NCBI GenBank assembly: GCA_043228905.1
Contig: JBHGNT010000017.1
Coordinates: forward strand, 7,874,001 to 7,938,000
Reading direction: 5' to 3'
Length of the DNA stretch: 64,000 nt
Source: Azolla caroliniana
Taxonomy: Eukaryota; Plantae; Polypodiophyta
How positions within the stretch are numbered: the first letter of the stretch is position 1; each line of letters opens with the position of its first letter. This document shows positions 37,147-49,516 of this stretch, one piece after another. The translations under genes were made by a program, and so were the position numbers. The notes below the pieces were generated by a model. It worked only from the letters and a program-made list of their open reading frames with translations. It searched no databases and was not told the origin of the DNA.

Positions 37147-40023
37147 ATGGCAAATACTTGTAAAACCGCCGCAAAGTTCCAGGGTATGATTGATAATGAG
37201 CCGAGATCACCAACAAATCTCGATTCTAATGCAATGGACAAAATACTTATGAGTCACTTGATTTCTCTTCAAGAAACCATAAACAAGCAAGGTGAAGAGA
37301 TTAGGACGTTAGTGAAAGAGAATGCTAAGCTCCAAAGTGTTGTCATTGAGAATGAAAGTCTTAAACAAGTGGTTGCAAAACTTCAAGAAGAGATTCAAGA
37401 ATCTAAAAGAGCTTCTTTTGAAACAAATGAGTGCCTTAACAAGATTGAGTTAAAGGAAGCATTAAAAGAAGAAAAATTGGACATGATGAGACGGGATGTA
37501 AGTGAGATGAAAAATGTATGTACAACGAAGTCATGGGCCGATGTATGTGGTGGGGATGTGCTATCAAACTCATCTAATATGCATGTGATGCATCAAGAGA
37601 AGAATATAGAAAGCATAGATGTCCGAGAATTGAAAGAACGTGAACGACGATCAAAGAACATTGTCGTCCGTGGGATTAAAGAAGAGAGTATGGAAACACC
37701 CGCATCCCTTGGAAAGGCCATTGGTGATTTTTTTAACATGCATTATGGGATGTTAGATGTGAATGTATATGGGGCACACCGAGTTGGGAAACATGGTGTT
37801 ACTCGCTCTGGAGAAAGGCCTATTGTATGCACAATGACAGATGATACAAAGTGGCGGATCATACTCGAAAATAGTTGGGTATACCTCAAAGGTACACAAT
37901 GCTTTGTGAGTGAAGATCGTACTATCTCACAACAAAATGCTCGCCATAAAGCATATGAAGAAAGATTGAAAAATACGGTTAAGGATGTGCCTAAAGATGG
38001 AAATGAGACTAACCCACCCCTTTTACGACTATGCTTTTGGAATTGCAATGGATACCCATGGAATGCGGGATTTGGCATAGAGGAGCTCACTAATGACTCC
38101 GATATCACACTTCTTGTTGAAACATGGGAGCGTGATACTCAAAGGATTCAAGGTTTAGGAAACTATAATGTACACTCTTTGATATGGAAGAAAAATCCAA
38201 GACAAAGAAGAGGACAAGGAGGGGTGGCATGTTTGATTAAGAAGGAAATAGATAAATATGTGTCAATCATAAAAAATGATGAAAATAAATGCTACATATG
38301 GCTCAAAATAGAAACACCTAATGATTTGCCCACTTTTGTAGTTGGATGTTACATTCCTCATCAAGATTCTAACTTTTATGCTTGTTTGGATAAAGATCAA
38401 CCGTTTGCCAATCTAGAAGATGATATTGCTTATTTCAAATCCAAAGGGGAAGTTATTGTCTTTGGTGACATGAATGCTAGTACAAGAAGTTTCCAACTTG
38501 ATTCACAAGAATCTTTCATGCCACATATCTCAAGGATGCAAGAGGATATGCAAATGTATAGCCGCTCTTCTAGCGATGAAAAAGATCCAGACCAATTTGG
38601 GAAGTTACTCCTACAAATGTGCAATAGTACCGGATTTCTTATTGCAAATGGTATTTCCTTATGGCCCAACACTAATGGTTTTACATGTAGAAAACACAAC
38701 GGAAATAGTGTGATTGACTATGTGCTACTTTCCGAAGGTATTTTGGATCGTATACATAAATTCTCACTTGGTGAATGGACACTGGAATCCGATCATAGGC
38801 CTTTATGTATTGATCTGAAATGTATGCGTAGGTTTGATTGTGAGAAGGCTATTGAAGATAATAAACAACCGCACTTGAGCATGAACCTTAAGAGAGCACC
38901 CATGTATTCCAAGATAGTTGAGGATATGTTACAAATGACAAAGATACAACATGGTGCCACACTAGAATGCAAATGGGAAACTTTCAAGAAAGTCATTCTC
39001 TCTTGTACAAACAAATGTTTTTCGACCAACCACACATCTTGGAAATGCACCAAGAAACTTAGGAAAAAATGGTTTGATAAAGAATGTCGTGAAGCTCGAA
39101 AGTGCCTTATGGCTTTGGATGTAGTTAAGGATAAAGAGAATTACCAAAAGCATTTGCATGAGTATAAAAGCCTTATTCAAAGAAAGAGAAGAATATGGGA
39201 AGCTACTCAACAATTTATCCAAACGCAAGAGAAAGCACATGCATGTGCTAAATTTTGGGGAAATCTAAAGGGGAAATGTGTTGAGAGTTATGGTGACTTA
39301 ACTCTTCACGACTTGTCTATGCATTGTAAGAATTTATATGAGTTATCTCTTGCCGGAAAGATGATGTGTTACGGTTCTTTTTCACATATGCCTCCCTTCT
39401 TTACAATTGAAGATATATGCATAGGACTTAAGAAATTGGCCTCTCGAAAGGCAAGCGATCTTCAATGTATAAAGGCTGAAATGCTCAAATGGATGGGAAA
39501 GGAAGCACATATATGGATAAGCGATATGTTTAATGATGCATTGCAACATGGTATGCCATACGATTGGACTACAAATTGGATCAAACCTTTACATAAAGGT
39601 GGAGATATAAATAATGTAAACAACTATCGAACCATCATGGTTGGATCATTAATGGCAAAACTATTTGGATGTATAATGGAATCAAAGATAAGTGTATGGG
39701 CTGAAAAAAGTGGTAAGAGAGGTTATGGACAAGCTGGCTTTCGAAAACACCATAGCACCATTGATCACCTTATCACCCTTCGAGTATTAATGGAGGAAAG
39801 TCGCCTTAGAGGTAAAGGTTTATATTATTGCTTTGTAGACTTCAAGAAAGCTTTTGATATGGTACCTCGCGAGCATCTTTGGAGGCGAATGGAAGAACTT
39901 GAGGTGCCAAGTGAATATATGCTTGCAATTTCCCGAATTTATGAGAAGGTTATATGTTGTGTGCGCATGAGAGATAAACTTTCCGATTTTTTCAAAAGCA
40001 CTATTGGTGTTACCAAGAGATAG
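37147..40023 (+). CDS. RTE-X-like LINE polyprotein (coiled coil/RRM ORF1-like region, APE endonuclease, N-part of RT), 958 aa, 3'-truncated at 40012
   Basis: ORF1-type NIVVRGIKE..HRVGK..RPIV..VSEDRT. APE motifs FWNCNG, LVETW, GGVA, GDMNA, IDY, SDHRP. RT motifs NYRTI, QAGFR, FVDFKKAFD. Confidence 0.85.
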   Translation: MANTCKTAAKFQGMIDNEPRSPTNLDSNAMDKILMSHLISLQETINKQGEEIRTLVKENAKLQSVVIENESLKQVVAKLQEEIQESKRASFETNECLNKIELKEALKEEKLDMMRRDVSEMKNVCTTKSWADVCGGDVLSNSSNMHVMHQEKNIESIDVRELKERERRSKNIVVRGIKEESMETPASLGKAIGDFFNMHYGMLDVNVYGAHRVGKHGVTRSGERPIVCTMTDDTKWRIILENSWVYLKGTQCFVSEDRTISQQNARHKAYEERLKNTVKDVPKDGNETNPPLLRLCFWNCNGYPWNAGFGIEELTNDSDITLLVETWERDTQRIQGLGNYNVHSLIWKKNPRQRRGQGGVACLIKKEIDKYVSIIKNDENKCYIWLKIETPNDLPTFVVGCYIPHQDSNFYACLDKDQPFANLEDDIAYFKSKGEVIVFGDMNASTRSFQLDSQESFMPHISRMQEDMQMYSRSSSDEKDPDQFGKLLLQMCNSTGFLIANGISLWPNTNGFTCRKHNGNSVIDYVLLSEGILDRIHKFSLGEWTLESDHRPLCIDLKCMRRFDCEKAIEDNKQPHLSMNLKRAPMYSKIVEDMLQMTKIQHGATLECKWETFKKVILSCTNKCFSTNHTSWKCTKKLRKKWFDKECREARKCLMALDVVKDKENYQKHLHEYKSLIQRKRRIWEATQQFIQTQEKAHACAKFWGNLKGKCVESYGDLTLHDLSMHCKNLYELSLAGKMMCYGSFSHMPPFFTIEDICIGLKKLASRKASDLQCIKAEMLKWMGKEAHIWISDMFNDALQHGMPYDWTTNWIKPLHKGGDINNVNNYRTIMVGSLMAKLFGCIMESKISVWAEKSGKRGYGQAGFRKHHSTIDHLITLRVLMEESRLRGKGLYYCFVDFKKAFDMVPREHLWRRMEELEVPSEYMLAISRIYEKVICCVRMRDKLSDFFKSTIGVTKR

Positions 40024-41618
40024 ATAGATATATTATATTATCGTTTTTCGGAGGTCAAATATGACCTACGAGACCAAAAATATTACATTTCACGTGATAC
40101 GTGTGAAAGTGAGTAGTGACTCTCGATGTTCAAGAACTTTACCAATGAATGTTGCAATCGAGAGTGCACATTGTGGTTGTGAAAGGAATTCATGCAAGGA
40201 TTGGGCTCGATCGAAGAGATGTGGAAAGCATGGTCGAATATGATCAAAGGCAGAGCATTGTATCAAAGTGTGATACTCAGACTCGCGAACTTGTTTGAGG
40301 CAAAGTGTGCATAGCCGACCACTCTCATCACTTGTGCCCCAACGCCCTGTTTCACATCGCAATGCATGTGAGCTAAGTCGCATGGAAGCAATGGTTCGAA
40401 CGGCAGATAACGGTATGGGCTCTAACATGTATGGATGTGTATGATTTCCCCGTTTCGCAAAGAATATGGTTTTGTAGTTAGGTGCAACATGTGTAGTATA
40501 ATGTGTGAAGCGTGAGCCTCCACATTTGTCCCATGTCATGATACATTGGCGTTGCAAAAAGGCCTCATTTACAGAGGAATCTAATGATGCATCATGAAGC
40601 AAGTGTCTCGCATCCCATCTACCAAACCCTTTTCTATATCTTGCATCCAACCGGAACACAAAATTTTGCTTTTATGCGTCTTTTGGATCTTTTTGCTTGC
40701 TTCCCACGCAATTCTAGGAAGTCGATGTGACGAACTTTTTTGAACCTTTAGCATGTATTCAACAACCCTTTCCATGGCCATGATCTCAATGGGAAGCGAT
40801 CCCGTCTCAAGGAGGAGGAGGGTGTAGGGCGTTTGTTTCTTAACTTGTAGAAACTTGGTAAGAAAATGCTTTTGGACATTTTCAAACTCTTTCCACATAG
40901 ATTTACGGATGCTACCGCCCCATACTTCCACCCCATAGAGAAGAACCGGTGTCACCAAAGTGTCAAAAAGATATTTTTTGAGGACCCAACACTTAATATC
41001 TCCAAGATTGCATGTGTTCTCAAATGCGTAGTATGCTCACTTACCCGCCTCTAAGCGGCGTGTAGCACATTCATTCCATCTATGATTTGAAGGAACTTCA
41101 AGGCCAAGATATTTGAAGCTTTCCACACATTCACGTGGCTCATTGTTGTACATAATGCATGGTTTATCTCTTTTTTGGCTCTTCACAAGCATAATCTTTG
41201 TTTTAGAGCTATTGACACTTAATTTAGTATGCATGCAAAAAATTTCCAATGCCTTCATAAGCTTTTGTGCATCGCCTAAAGTATTTGCAAAAAGCACTAC
41301 ATCATCTGCATATAGCAAAAGCATAATCACAACATTCCCAATGGCAACTTCTTCAACACGTTCTTCCTTTGCAAACTTGGTAACCATTTCTTCCAATTCA
41401 TCAATGCATAGACCAAATAGTGTTGGTGAGAGTGGGCATCCTTGCTTAACACCAATAGTGCTTTTGAAAAAATCGGAAAGTTTATCTCTCATGCGCACAC
41501 AACATATAACCTTCTCATAAATTCGGGAAATTGCAAGCATATATTCACTTGGCACCTCAAGTTCTTCCATTCGCCTCCAAAGATGCTCGCGAGGTACCAT
41601 ATCAAAAGCTTTCTTGAA
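40016..41618 (-). mobile_element. 3' part of the same RTE-X-like LINE in inverted orientation with (TATC)n tail
   Basis: GVKQGCPLSPTLF, LLYADD, FKYLG, LLYGVEVWG, RLSSHALRCETGRW..CTLC..ESEYH..C. Tail (TAGA)n on the plus strand at 40016-40032. Confidence 0.9.
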
Positions 41619-42542
41619 GAGAGAGGGAGGGAGGGAGGGAGGGAGGGAGAGAGAGAGATACCTTAGAGCAACGAGCTGGAGATGTTGCACAATCTGTGAG
41701 CAACGAGCAACGAGAAGAAGGAAATCAGATGACAGGAGCATTGATTGTCAATAAGCAGTGAGATTTGAGAAGGGAGCAAGGTGCAGTGATCTGCGAGGAG
41801 TGAGGATCGAGCAACAAGCAAGCAAGGAGCAAGGAGGAGTGACTCATGAGAAGCGAGTAGAAGAAAATTAGATCACAGACACTATTACGCTCAAAGAGGG
41901 AAAAAAGAGGGGAAAGAGAAAAAGAGGGGAAAGAGGGGAAAAAGAGGGGAAAGAGAAAAAGAGGGGAAAGAGGGGAAAAAGTGGGAATTCAATAAACATA
42001 AAACCTTTTCCTTTTACCTCCTTTTTTTTACAAAACTATATAAATAGCCTGTTTGAAAAATATGAACCGACTAGATTCTGGTTGGTATGAAAACCTAGCC
42101 GGAATTAGTTCCGGCTCTACCTCACATTAGTTGGCAAAAGTCCCAACCTAACTGGAACGCTAACTCTGTTCCTAAGACTTTGCCCAACATTGCTTGTGAC
42201 TAACTACTACCAAAAATTAACGAGGGCAAGTGAGGGAATCGCGGGCGCGGACGGTGCAGGTCACACCGTTGATGGCGCATGTGATCTCCACCGTCCGATG
42301 TGGATAAAAAGCTGACAGGGACTGTCACCAGGAGCCCGACTCTGTCACAAGGAGCCCGACTTTGTCACAAGGAGCCCTGTTGATTGACAGCCTCTGCCAC
42401 GAGGAGCCCAACTTTATCAAAAGGAGCCCTATTGTCTGATAGCCTCTGTCACCAAGAGCCCGACCAACTTTGGGTAGGAACCCGATTCTCAAAAAGATAA
42501 AACTAATAAAGAATAAAACAATCATATATAAAACAAAAGTGA

Positions 42543-42600
42543 ATAGGGTAGTGGTTATAGTTTTTTCTAAGATATGTTAGGTCTATGGTTCAAATCCTTT
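42543..42600 (+). other. tRNA-like A-box/B-box module inside the TIR element
   Basis: TAGGGTAGTGG...GGTCTATGGTTCAAATCC followed by a T-run. Confidence 0.45.
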
Positions 42601-45319
42601 TCTTCTTTGAATTCTTTCTTTTTGGTTTTCTTCTTCTTCGAAAACACTTAACCATATGTTGTTGATTGTACCTTTGTGCCCTAGTATATAAGTTTATAAC
42701 TAGACATTTGCAAAGTTTCATTGATGCAAGTGGACTTATGCTTTAGTTTCTGGATTGAATATTTGTTTTTCTATAACTCTTAAGAGGCTCCTTTTCATAA
42801 TTCATTGATGACATTCCAAATAAGATTGTTCTCCATCTTAGATATCCTCTAATGTGCAATATTCTTGCCAAAGATTAAACAAGTTGACAATTTGAAAAGA
42901 TGAAAAATTGATGTATTGGAGATTTGTAAAGTGGCCTATGCATGGATTGCTACGATAGTGCAATTGATTTCTTAGCAAAGGATGCATGCGAGAATTTTAG
43001 GTGGAATGCCCTTGAACTATTTTGGCAATATGATACAACCAAATAGGTCTTTATAGAAAGTTAAAAGAGTTATTTATTTAATGCTTGCCTACTTCAAAAT
43101 AGCTTGAATACACATATCCATGACTTTGCTTCGAAGGTGATTTTGTAGCTCAAACAATATTGGAAGCAAATACTAGCTGATTTGTGGAAATACAAGTCAA
43201 AGAATGGTCTCCTCATGACATGTTCCATTAGCCAAAGAATTAACAATGTTGTCATCATAGGGCCCCCATGCATCCTTGTGATTTGCTCACTTCTTTTTAT
43301 AGTTGATAATGAGCTACTTCTTTTTACAGCTTTCAAGAGCTCATTTGCCAAATAAAAATAGAATGGCAAGCACCACTACTTCTCCCTAAATGACCACTTA
43401 ACTTCCACAATTATTATATGATAGTTTCGCATCTACAAGTTACAACATGATGAATTCTCGTCTTTTGCAATTGTAGATCTTTTACCCTATGATCCTTCTA
43501 ATTTGCATCGAGCCCTTAACACTTTTGTTCAAGTAAAGTTAGCTCTTACCATTTGGGCTATGTTTGATTGTCACTTTAATATACAACTCACTCATGTTCC
43601 AAGTAAAGTTAACTCTCATAATCTGGGCTTTTTCTTTATTATTTGACTTTATACCATGGAATACTCTACCTATGGATCATGAGCCAACATAAGAAGATAG
43701 GACTCCACCAACAGTTGCCGACACTATTACCACCACCATGTTAGAAATGAACCTGAAAAGTTATATAGCTTTTAACTTCCAACAAAAGGATATGGATACA
43801 AAACCTTGAGACCTCAGATACAAACGATGCACTGGACGACCATGATGTATCCTCCAATTCCTCTCCCGACATGGCAAAGACACATGATGCATTGTGCTCT
43901 CCATAGATGGTTGCGGTCGATTACTATAGTGATTGAAGTGAGTGAATACAATGTGATCGAGAATACCAGTGATTGAGGTGAATGAAGTGAATGTGAGCGA
44001 TTATGCCAATGAATAAAGTGAATGAATTCAAATGAATGCCAATGATTGAAGTTCAAATGAATTCAACGTGATTGATAATGCACATGAATGAAGTGGATGC
44101 TTTCAGTTTCTTCAATGATTTAGTTCGAGAATAATTTCAACACTTCGAGAATGATTTCAGCTCTTAGTGAATGATCAAGAATGCCAACGGTTTGTGAATG
44201 ATTTATGTGGTTTGATTAATCACTATGGTGAATGAAATCAGTGCGAGTGATTAATAGATTGTGAATGAAGTGAATGATTTTAGCTCTTAATGAATGAGTT
44301 CACCTCTTAGTGCATGTTAGTGACTTTGGTGAATCAATTTAGTATGATCGTTAGTATGATCGTTGCAACGCCATCATTTTACGTAGTTGGGCACCTGCCT
44401 ATTAATGAGCCAGGCTCCTCATTAATGAGTAGGGCTCCTCATTAATCAGTCGGGCTCCCTCCTTTGATATGAGTGGGGCTCCTCATTAATAAGTCGGGCT
44501 CCCTCTTTTGATATGAGTCGGGCTCCTCATTGGAAAAATTGGAATGTTGAAATTAGTTAAGCTTCCAAGTGATATATACCATTAATTGATTTTTGAGGAT
44601 TTTGAACATAATCTTCAACCCCCCATATAACATTATTGTAGATTACTTTGTGTACCTTAGTGCAGTGTTCACATAGCCTATCTTCTTCATTATTGACTTA
44701 CTAGGGTGTATGCAACCAAGAAGACCCCCAACCAAGAAACAGGCTTTTACTAAAGCATTGCATACACAGTTTATATAGGTATGAATCCAAAAGCTTCGAA
44801 AATAGAAGGCTTAATCCATTATCTCAAACTCATCAAGTCATGGTATTCCACTTTGAATAAGATTCACATTGAGTCATATACGACCAAAATGAGATTTGTA
44901 TATTGATTTGATATTACAAAATTAACCTTATTGATATGGCCAAGAATATACAAAAAAGGTTGGCCGCCTTGATTCCAAATACAAAAAAGTTGGCAACCTT
45001 CATTCTAGAATATACAAAAAAGGTTGGCAACTGCTTTAGATAGTACATCAAGATCATATATTTGATGTTACATAGTATAACTCCGAATGATGAAAATAAC
45101 CCTAAGCCTAGAGTCCTTTGTGCCCATTTTGCCATGATTTTCCAAAGGAGCTCCACATCTTCGAATCCAAACCATTGCTCCTTACCCTACACCACAAGAT
45201 GCAATCAACCCTAAGCCCTTACAAAAACAAATGCTCATATTCAATCCTACGGGATACTTACAAAATCATTAGACTCAAATCCTTGAATGAACTCCTCAAC
45301 CAACATCCAAATTGTTTGT

Positions 45320-45840
45320 ATCACTTAATACCCACAATTCGTCCCATTAGGTTGGGTCATGGGATATGCAATACATGGAACCGTTCGTTGCTGATGATGC
45401 AATGGTCATGCATGGCGCTAGAGATATGTCGTACAACCAAACCACCCAATGTCTGCATGTTGGTTGTTGGATGATTATTCAGTGGATTACAAAAAACAAT
45501 TGGGCTCCTCCCCTTCTTGGCATCGAGACTTGTAGGAATCTGCCGCATCTTCATCCAAAGCACCCAATGCCCTGTGTGAAATATTGGAATGAAGACATAT
45601 TCCCGTTCAGGGACCCAAGTGAGTATGTTTTCTACCTTATCACTTTGCTCTGCTAGTTGTACCCATAATGGATCAACAATATGAAACCGCTTGTTGATCT
45701 TAGGGGGTAGTGAGTACTCCATCCATAAGTGGAAGAGGTTCCTTGTCCACGTGGATGCCATCTCCCCTAAAGTCCACAACGAACATAGTTCTACCTCAGT
45801 CAAAAAGATTGCTAGATCCAGTCTTTGGCAAGTCACATGA
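45320..45840 (-). pseudogene. Ulp1/C48 SUMO-protease-like domain within the TIR element; upstream exon remnants reach about 47450
   Basis: FHIVDPLW...YVFIPIFHTGHWVL...CNPL, then after a frameshift QPNGTNCG (H...Q.N..CG catalytic pattern). TATA-like CTATAAAA near 47485 on the minus strand. Confidence 0.65.
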
Positions 45841-47917
45841 AACCTGTTTATTCGGCATTTGCATTGGTCTTCTACAACATTGGTGTGACATTTGCATTAG
45901 AAAAACCCAATATATACTTTCTTCAATAATGATTACAAGAATGTACATCAACTCACCATTTAGTTTGACATCTTCAACAAATGGCCCCATGTCGTTTATG
46001 GGGTTCGTATCCATGTTCGAGTCATTCATAGGCTTTTCAGTAATGATGTTTTCACTATCCATATCATTGGATTTGGGGCACCTAGCGCACTTTCTTAACA
46101 AAAACCTAAACCATTAATCAAGTTAGCACACAAACATCACTACTTATACACAATATATAGTTCAGAAATGATTCAGGCCATACCTCCCTTCATAGGGTAT
46201 TGTTTCACCCCAATCTGCATCAAAGTCTATGAAGGTCTTGGACCGACTAGCCATCTGTACAAACCACATGCCATTTTCAATAACCACCAATATGTCCATT
46301 ACATTCAAGTTCAAATTTCACAATCAAAGCACACTAAGAAATCGTTAGATGCATGCAACAATTTTTTATTGATATAGCTAAATAATTGGGAGGAAACAAG
46401 TCCATATATAATAACATATGAAATATTCAATGGAGAAATGTGGAACATGCAAGGTGTCTCCAATAGCATTTCGAATATGGCATATGAGAAGCAAGAAGAA
46501 AAAGGGATACAAAAGAAGCCCATGAAATCAGAGACACCACACAAACATATTATTCATGGTGATTCATATACATTGCATATTAAAATGTTTGAAATATATC
46601 AATTTTCAAATCCTACTTTGATTACAAAGCCTATTGTATGTCTAGAACCATATTTGAGAACCTAGTCCTCTTAATAAGATACCGATGTAGAGTGGAAGAA
46701 TTCAAACGTTTAGAATATGGCATATGAGAAACAAATGGTTCCATATTCAAACATGATTTCCATATTTCGAAGGATCACGTGGAAGAATTCAAACATATAG
46801 AATATGCAAGCACACATACATACATGGTATTCATTGGCTATAATGGCATGTACTCATGGTGATTATATCTATGCTTACAATGCTTAACTAATCTCTACTA
46901 CGTAATATTATCATTGTTGTCATCCAATAGGAAAATAACAAACCTATGATGTGTATCCACATCTATGTGCTTGAAATAATTGCATTCCTATGTATGTAAA
47001 AATGAATACATAAGTGCTCAAGATAATCGTACCTGAGATAACTAAGTACGTGAGATAATCAGTGCCTGAGCAAACATATTTTGTGTTGCTTTGAGCTTAG
47101 TTTCGTTTGGTGGAAAACAATGAACATGGGTTGAAAGAAAATACAAAAATGTTTGTTTCTAATTCAACATTTCTTCATATTGATGGTGAAATTATAACAA
47201 TGCATTTATATGATACATTTAAAAAATGGAACAACTAAGTCTCTCACCTTGTTAGAATATAGAACCATGTGATCAAATGTAAATGAAAAGAAACCCAAAA
47301 TGACGTAAAAAATAAAAATAACCATGAAAATACATACCTATTATTGCCTTCGTTTTGCAGATCGAATGTAGGTGGTTGGGAAGTGCTCGTTGGTGGGAAG
47401 TGATGCTCCTCTCTGATTCTTCCCTCCAAATACCCTAAAACTCTCTTTTCAAAATAGATTCAAAATGAGTGATTCAGGGTTTTTATAGTCAGTGCTCATT
47501 AATAATGAGCGGGGCTCCTAGCCAAACTCTTGATGAATGAGTGGGGCTCCTAGCCAAACTCTTGATGAATGAGTGGGGCTCCTTTTGACAGAGTGGGGCT
47601 CCTAGTGACAGAGGCTGTTAGACATCGGGGCTCCTAGTCAGGCTCTTGATTAGTACGCGGGGCTCCTAGTTGGGCTCCCCAAGAAGTGACGATTTCTTCC
47701 TGTGTTTTTTTTTCACATCGGACGATGCAGATCGCACTTGCCCTGGGCTAAGCGACATGCACCGTCCCTCTCCACGATTCCCTCACTTGCCCTCTTCAAT
47801 TTTTGGAGGTATTTAGACACGTTGCTTGGGTAGGGAATCACAGTCACGGATAGTGCAAGGCGCTTAGTTGAAGGCGCGTCTGATCCTTATGTAATGAATG
47901 CATGCATGCATGTATGT

Positions 47918-49516
47918 AAGCTCGCGTCTATCTGCTACCAAATCATAAAGAGGCTTGGTGAGGGAATCAACTGTCATGGACAATGCAAAGTGCTTAGCTG
48001 CGGGCGCGTGTGATCTGCACCTTCCGATCCTTATCCAAAAAAAAGGCGTCAGTCTCAGGTAACAATCGACAATAGTTTGGTTTGAACCGAACCGAACCGA
48101 GAAACCGTGGCTTAACGGGTTAAACAGTTCGTTTCAATTTCAATAGTCAGAAACCGCGGTTTAACGGTTTTTTATTTTTATTTATTTATTTTTAAATTTT
48201 TACAAATTTGTAAAACAAAAATTTAAAATTAAAAAAATTATTTTTAAACAATCTTTTCATTTTTAGACCTTATTCTCACATTTTAGGAACATCCTTAAAA
48301 TTAAAAAATTAAAAAAAATGAACCGAACCACGAAACCGCGGTTTTAACGGTTTCAAAAGAAATTAATGGTTTGGTTTAATGGTTTAATGGTTTCGTGGTT
48401 CGGTTCGGTTCAGATTTCAAAAATTTTAAACAGTTCAGTTTTGACCCTCTCAAACTGAACCGAACCGTTGCCGATTGTTAGTCTCAAGGCGGGTGTCTAA
48501 TTCAAATAAGGCGCCTGACCGACTCAGAGGTAAGCGCTCGACTCAAATCAGGCGCCCAACCAACTTAGACATCAAAAACTACAAAAAATTCTAAGTGTAA
48601 AAAAACATTTTGACATCAAAATCGTACATCGAAATTCCACTAAAAAACCAAAAACTTCCAATTACACAAAACATAAAACGTCAAATTACAAATACCTTAA
48701 AACTCAAAACTTCAAATTACACAAATTCCCAGCCACAAAATGTCCAAATTCAAGTCCCTAAACCTAAAGATAAAAATTGAATCCATACGTAAGCAAAGAT
48801 TATGGCTCATGTGGGGATGATGGCAAAATGCAACCATAATTTTTGCAACAATCAGCATTCGAGTCCCTTGATGTCAAAGTCAAGGCATCCCAATGCAAAC
48901 ATTGAACCTTCTCAGTCTCACATATTGGAAAACGCCGCCTTGCTTGATTTGCACCTCTCTGAAGTTTTTCGGTGTAGGATTTGGAAGTGTTTGGGGAGAT
49001 ACCAATAAGTTTTACGAGATGTCGACCGTCGCTCCTCTTTTCGCACGAATTTTTTGCTTCCAACTTATGGAGCCCGAGTCTTCTTTGTTGGTTGATTTCG
49101 GTGCACCTAAACTATAGCTTTTACGATAGATCTTCCAATGTCTATATAGAATCCTCAACAACATCCCGACCAAAGGATCCTAACCCTTGCTTGAGCCATT
49201 AAATAACTTCCTTGGCCGCTTGTATTCTAGATATCCATGATTCCATGTAAGATGTTCTAGGGTTTGTCTCTATGGTTGGTTTTGCCTTTGTCTCCACTTC
49301 TATTTCTGGGATATCATCCATTCACATTTGGGCCGCATGATCTATAAATTGTAACGACCCACATAGGGATGGCATATGCTTCTCAATGATCATCCGAATC
49401 CCGAGTACATGCTTACATTTATGTGCAAGGTCTTGGCAATCATGATATGAGCATTGGAGTGAGACATTATACCATAGAGTGGGAGTATTCATGCTCAATA
49501 TTCTAAACCAATATAA
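47918..49516. mobile_element. Second TIR-family element end with a SWIM-type zinc-finger remnant (minus strand, 49322-49516)
   Basis: 47918-48030 is homologous to the TIR at 42196. WYNVSLQCSYHDCQDLAHKCKHVLGI resembles the SWIM motif CxCx(n)CxH of MULE transposases. Confidence 0.5.
48060..48480. mobile_element. hAT-type MITE, 421 bp
   Basis: TIR TAACAATCGACAA versus TTGCCGATTGTTA. 8-bp TSD GTCTCAGG/GTCTCAAG. Many AACCG/CGGTT subterminal repeats. Confidence 0.88.

Larger units (their letters stand above)
22694..42192. mobile_element. hAT-type non-autonomous element carrying nested retroelements
   Basis: TIR CAGTGTTGGCCAAAGT (22698) versus ACTTTGCCCAACATTG (42177-42192), 14/16 match. 8-bp TSD-like CTCGTGAC (22686-22693) and CTTGTGAC (42193-42200). 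AACCGG subterminal motifs at both ends. Confidence 0.65.
22681..47829. mobile_element. TIR DNA transposon (MULE- or KDZ-like) with about 120-bp imperfect TIRs; left TIR split by the hAT insertion; body at 42193-47829
   Basis: 42196-42310 is the imperfect reverse complement of 47705-47820 (CCAAAAATT..GAGGGCAAGTGAGGGAATCG..GGACGGTGCA..CGTCCGATGTG). Subterminal GGAGCCC repeats at 42330-42465 and GGGCTCC repeats at 44390-44530 and 47508-47680. Exact termini and TSD are ambiguous. Confidence 0.7.
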
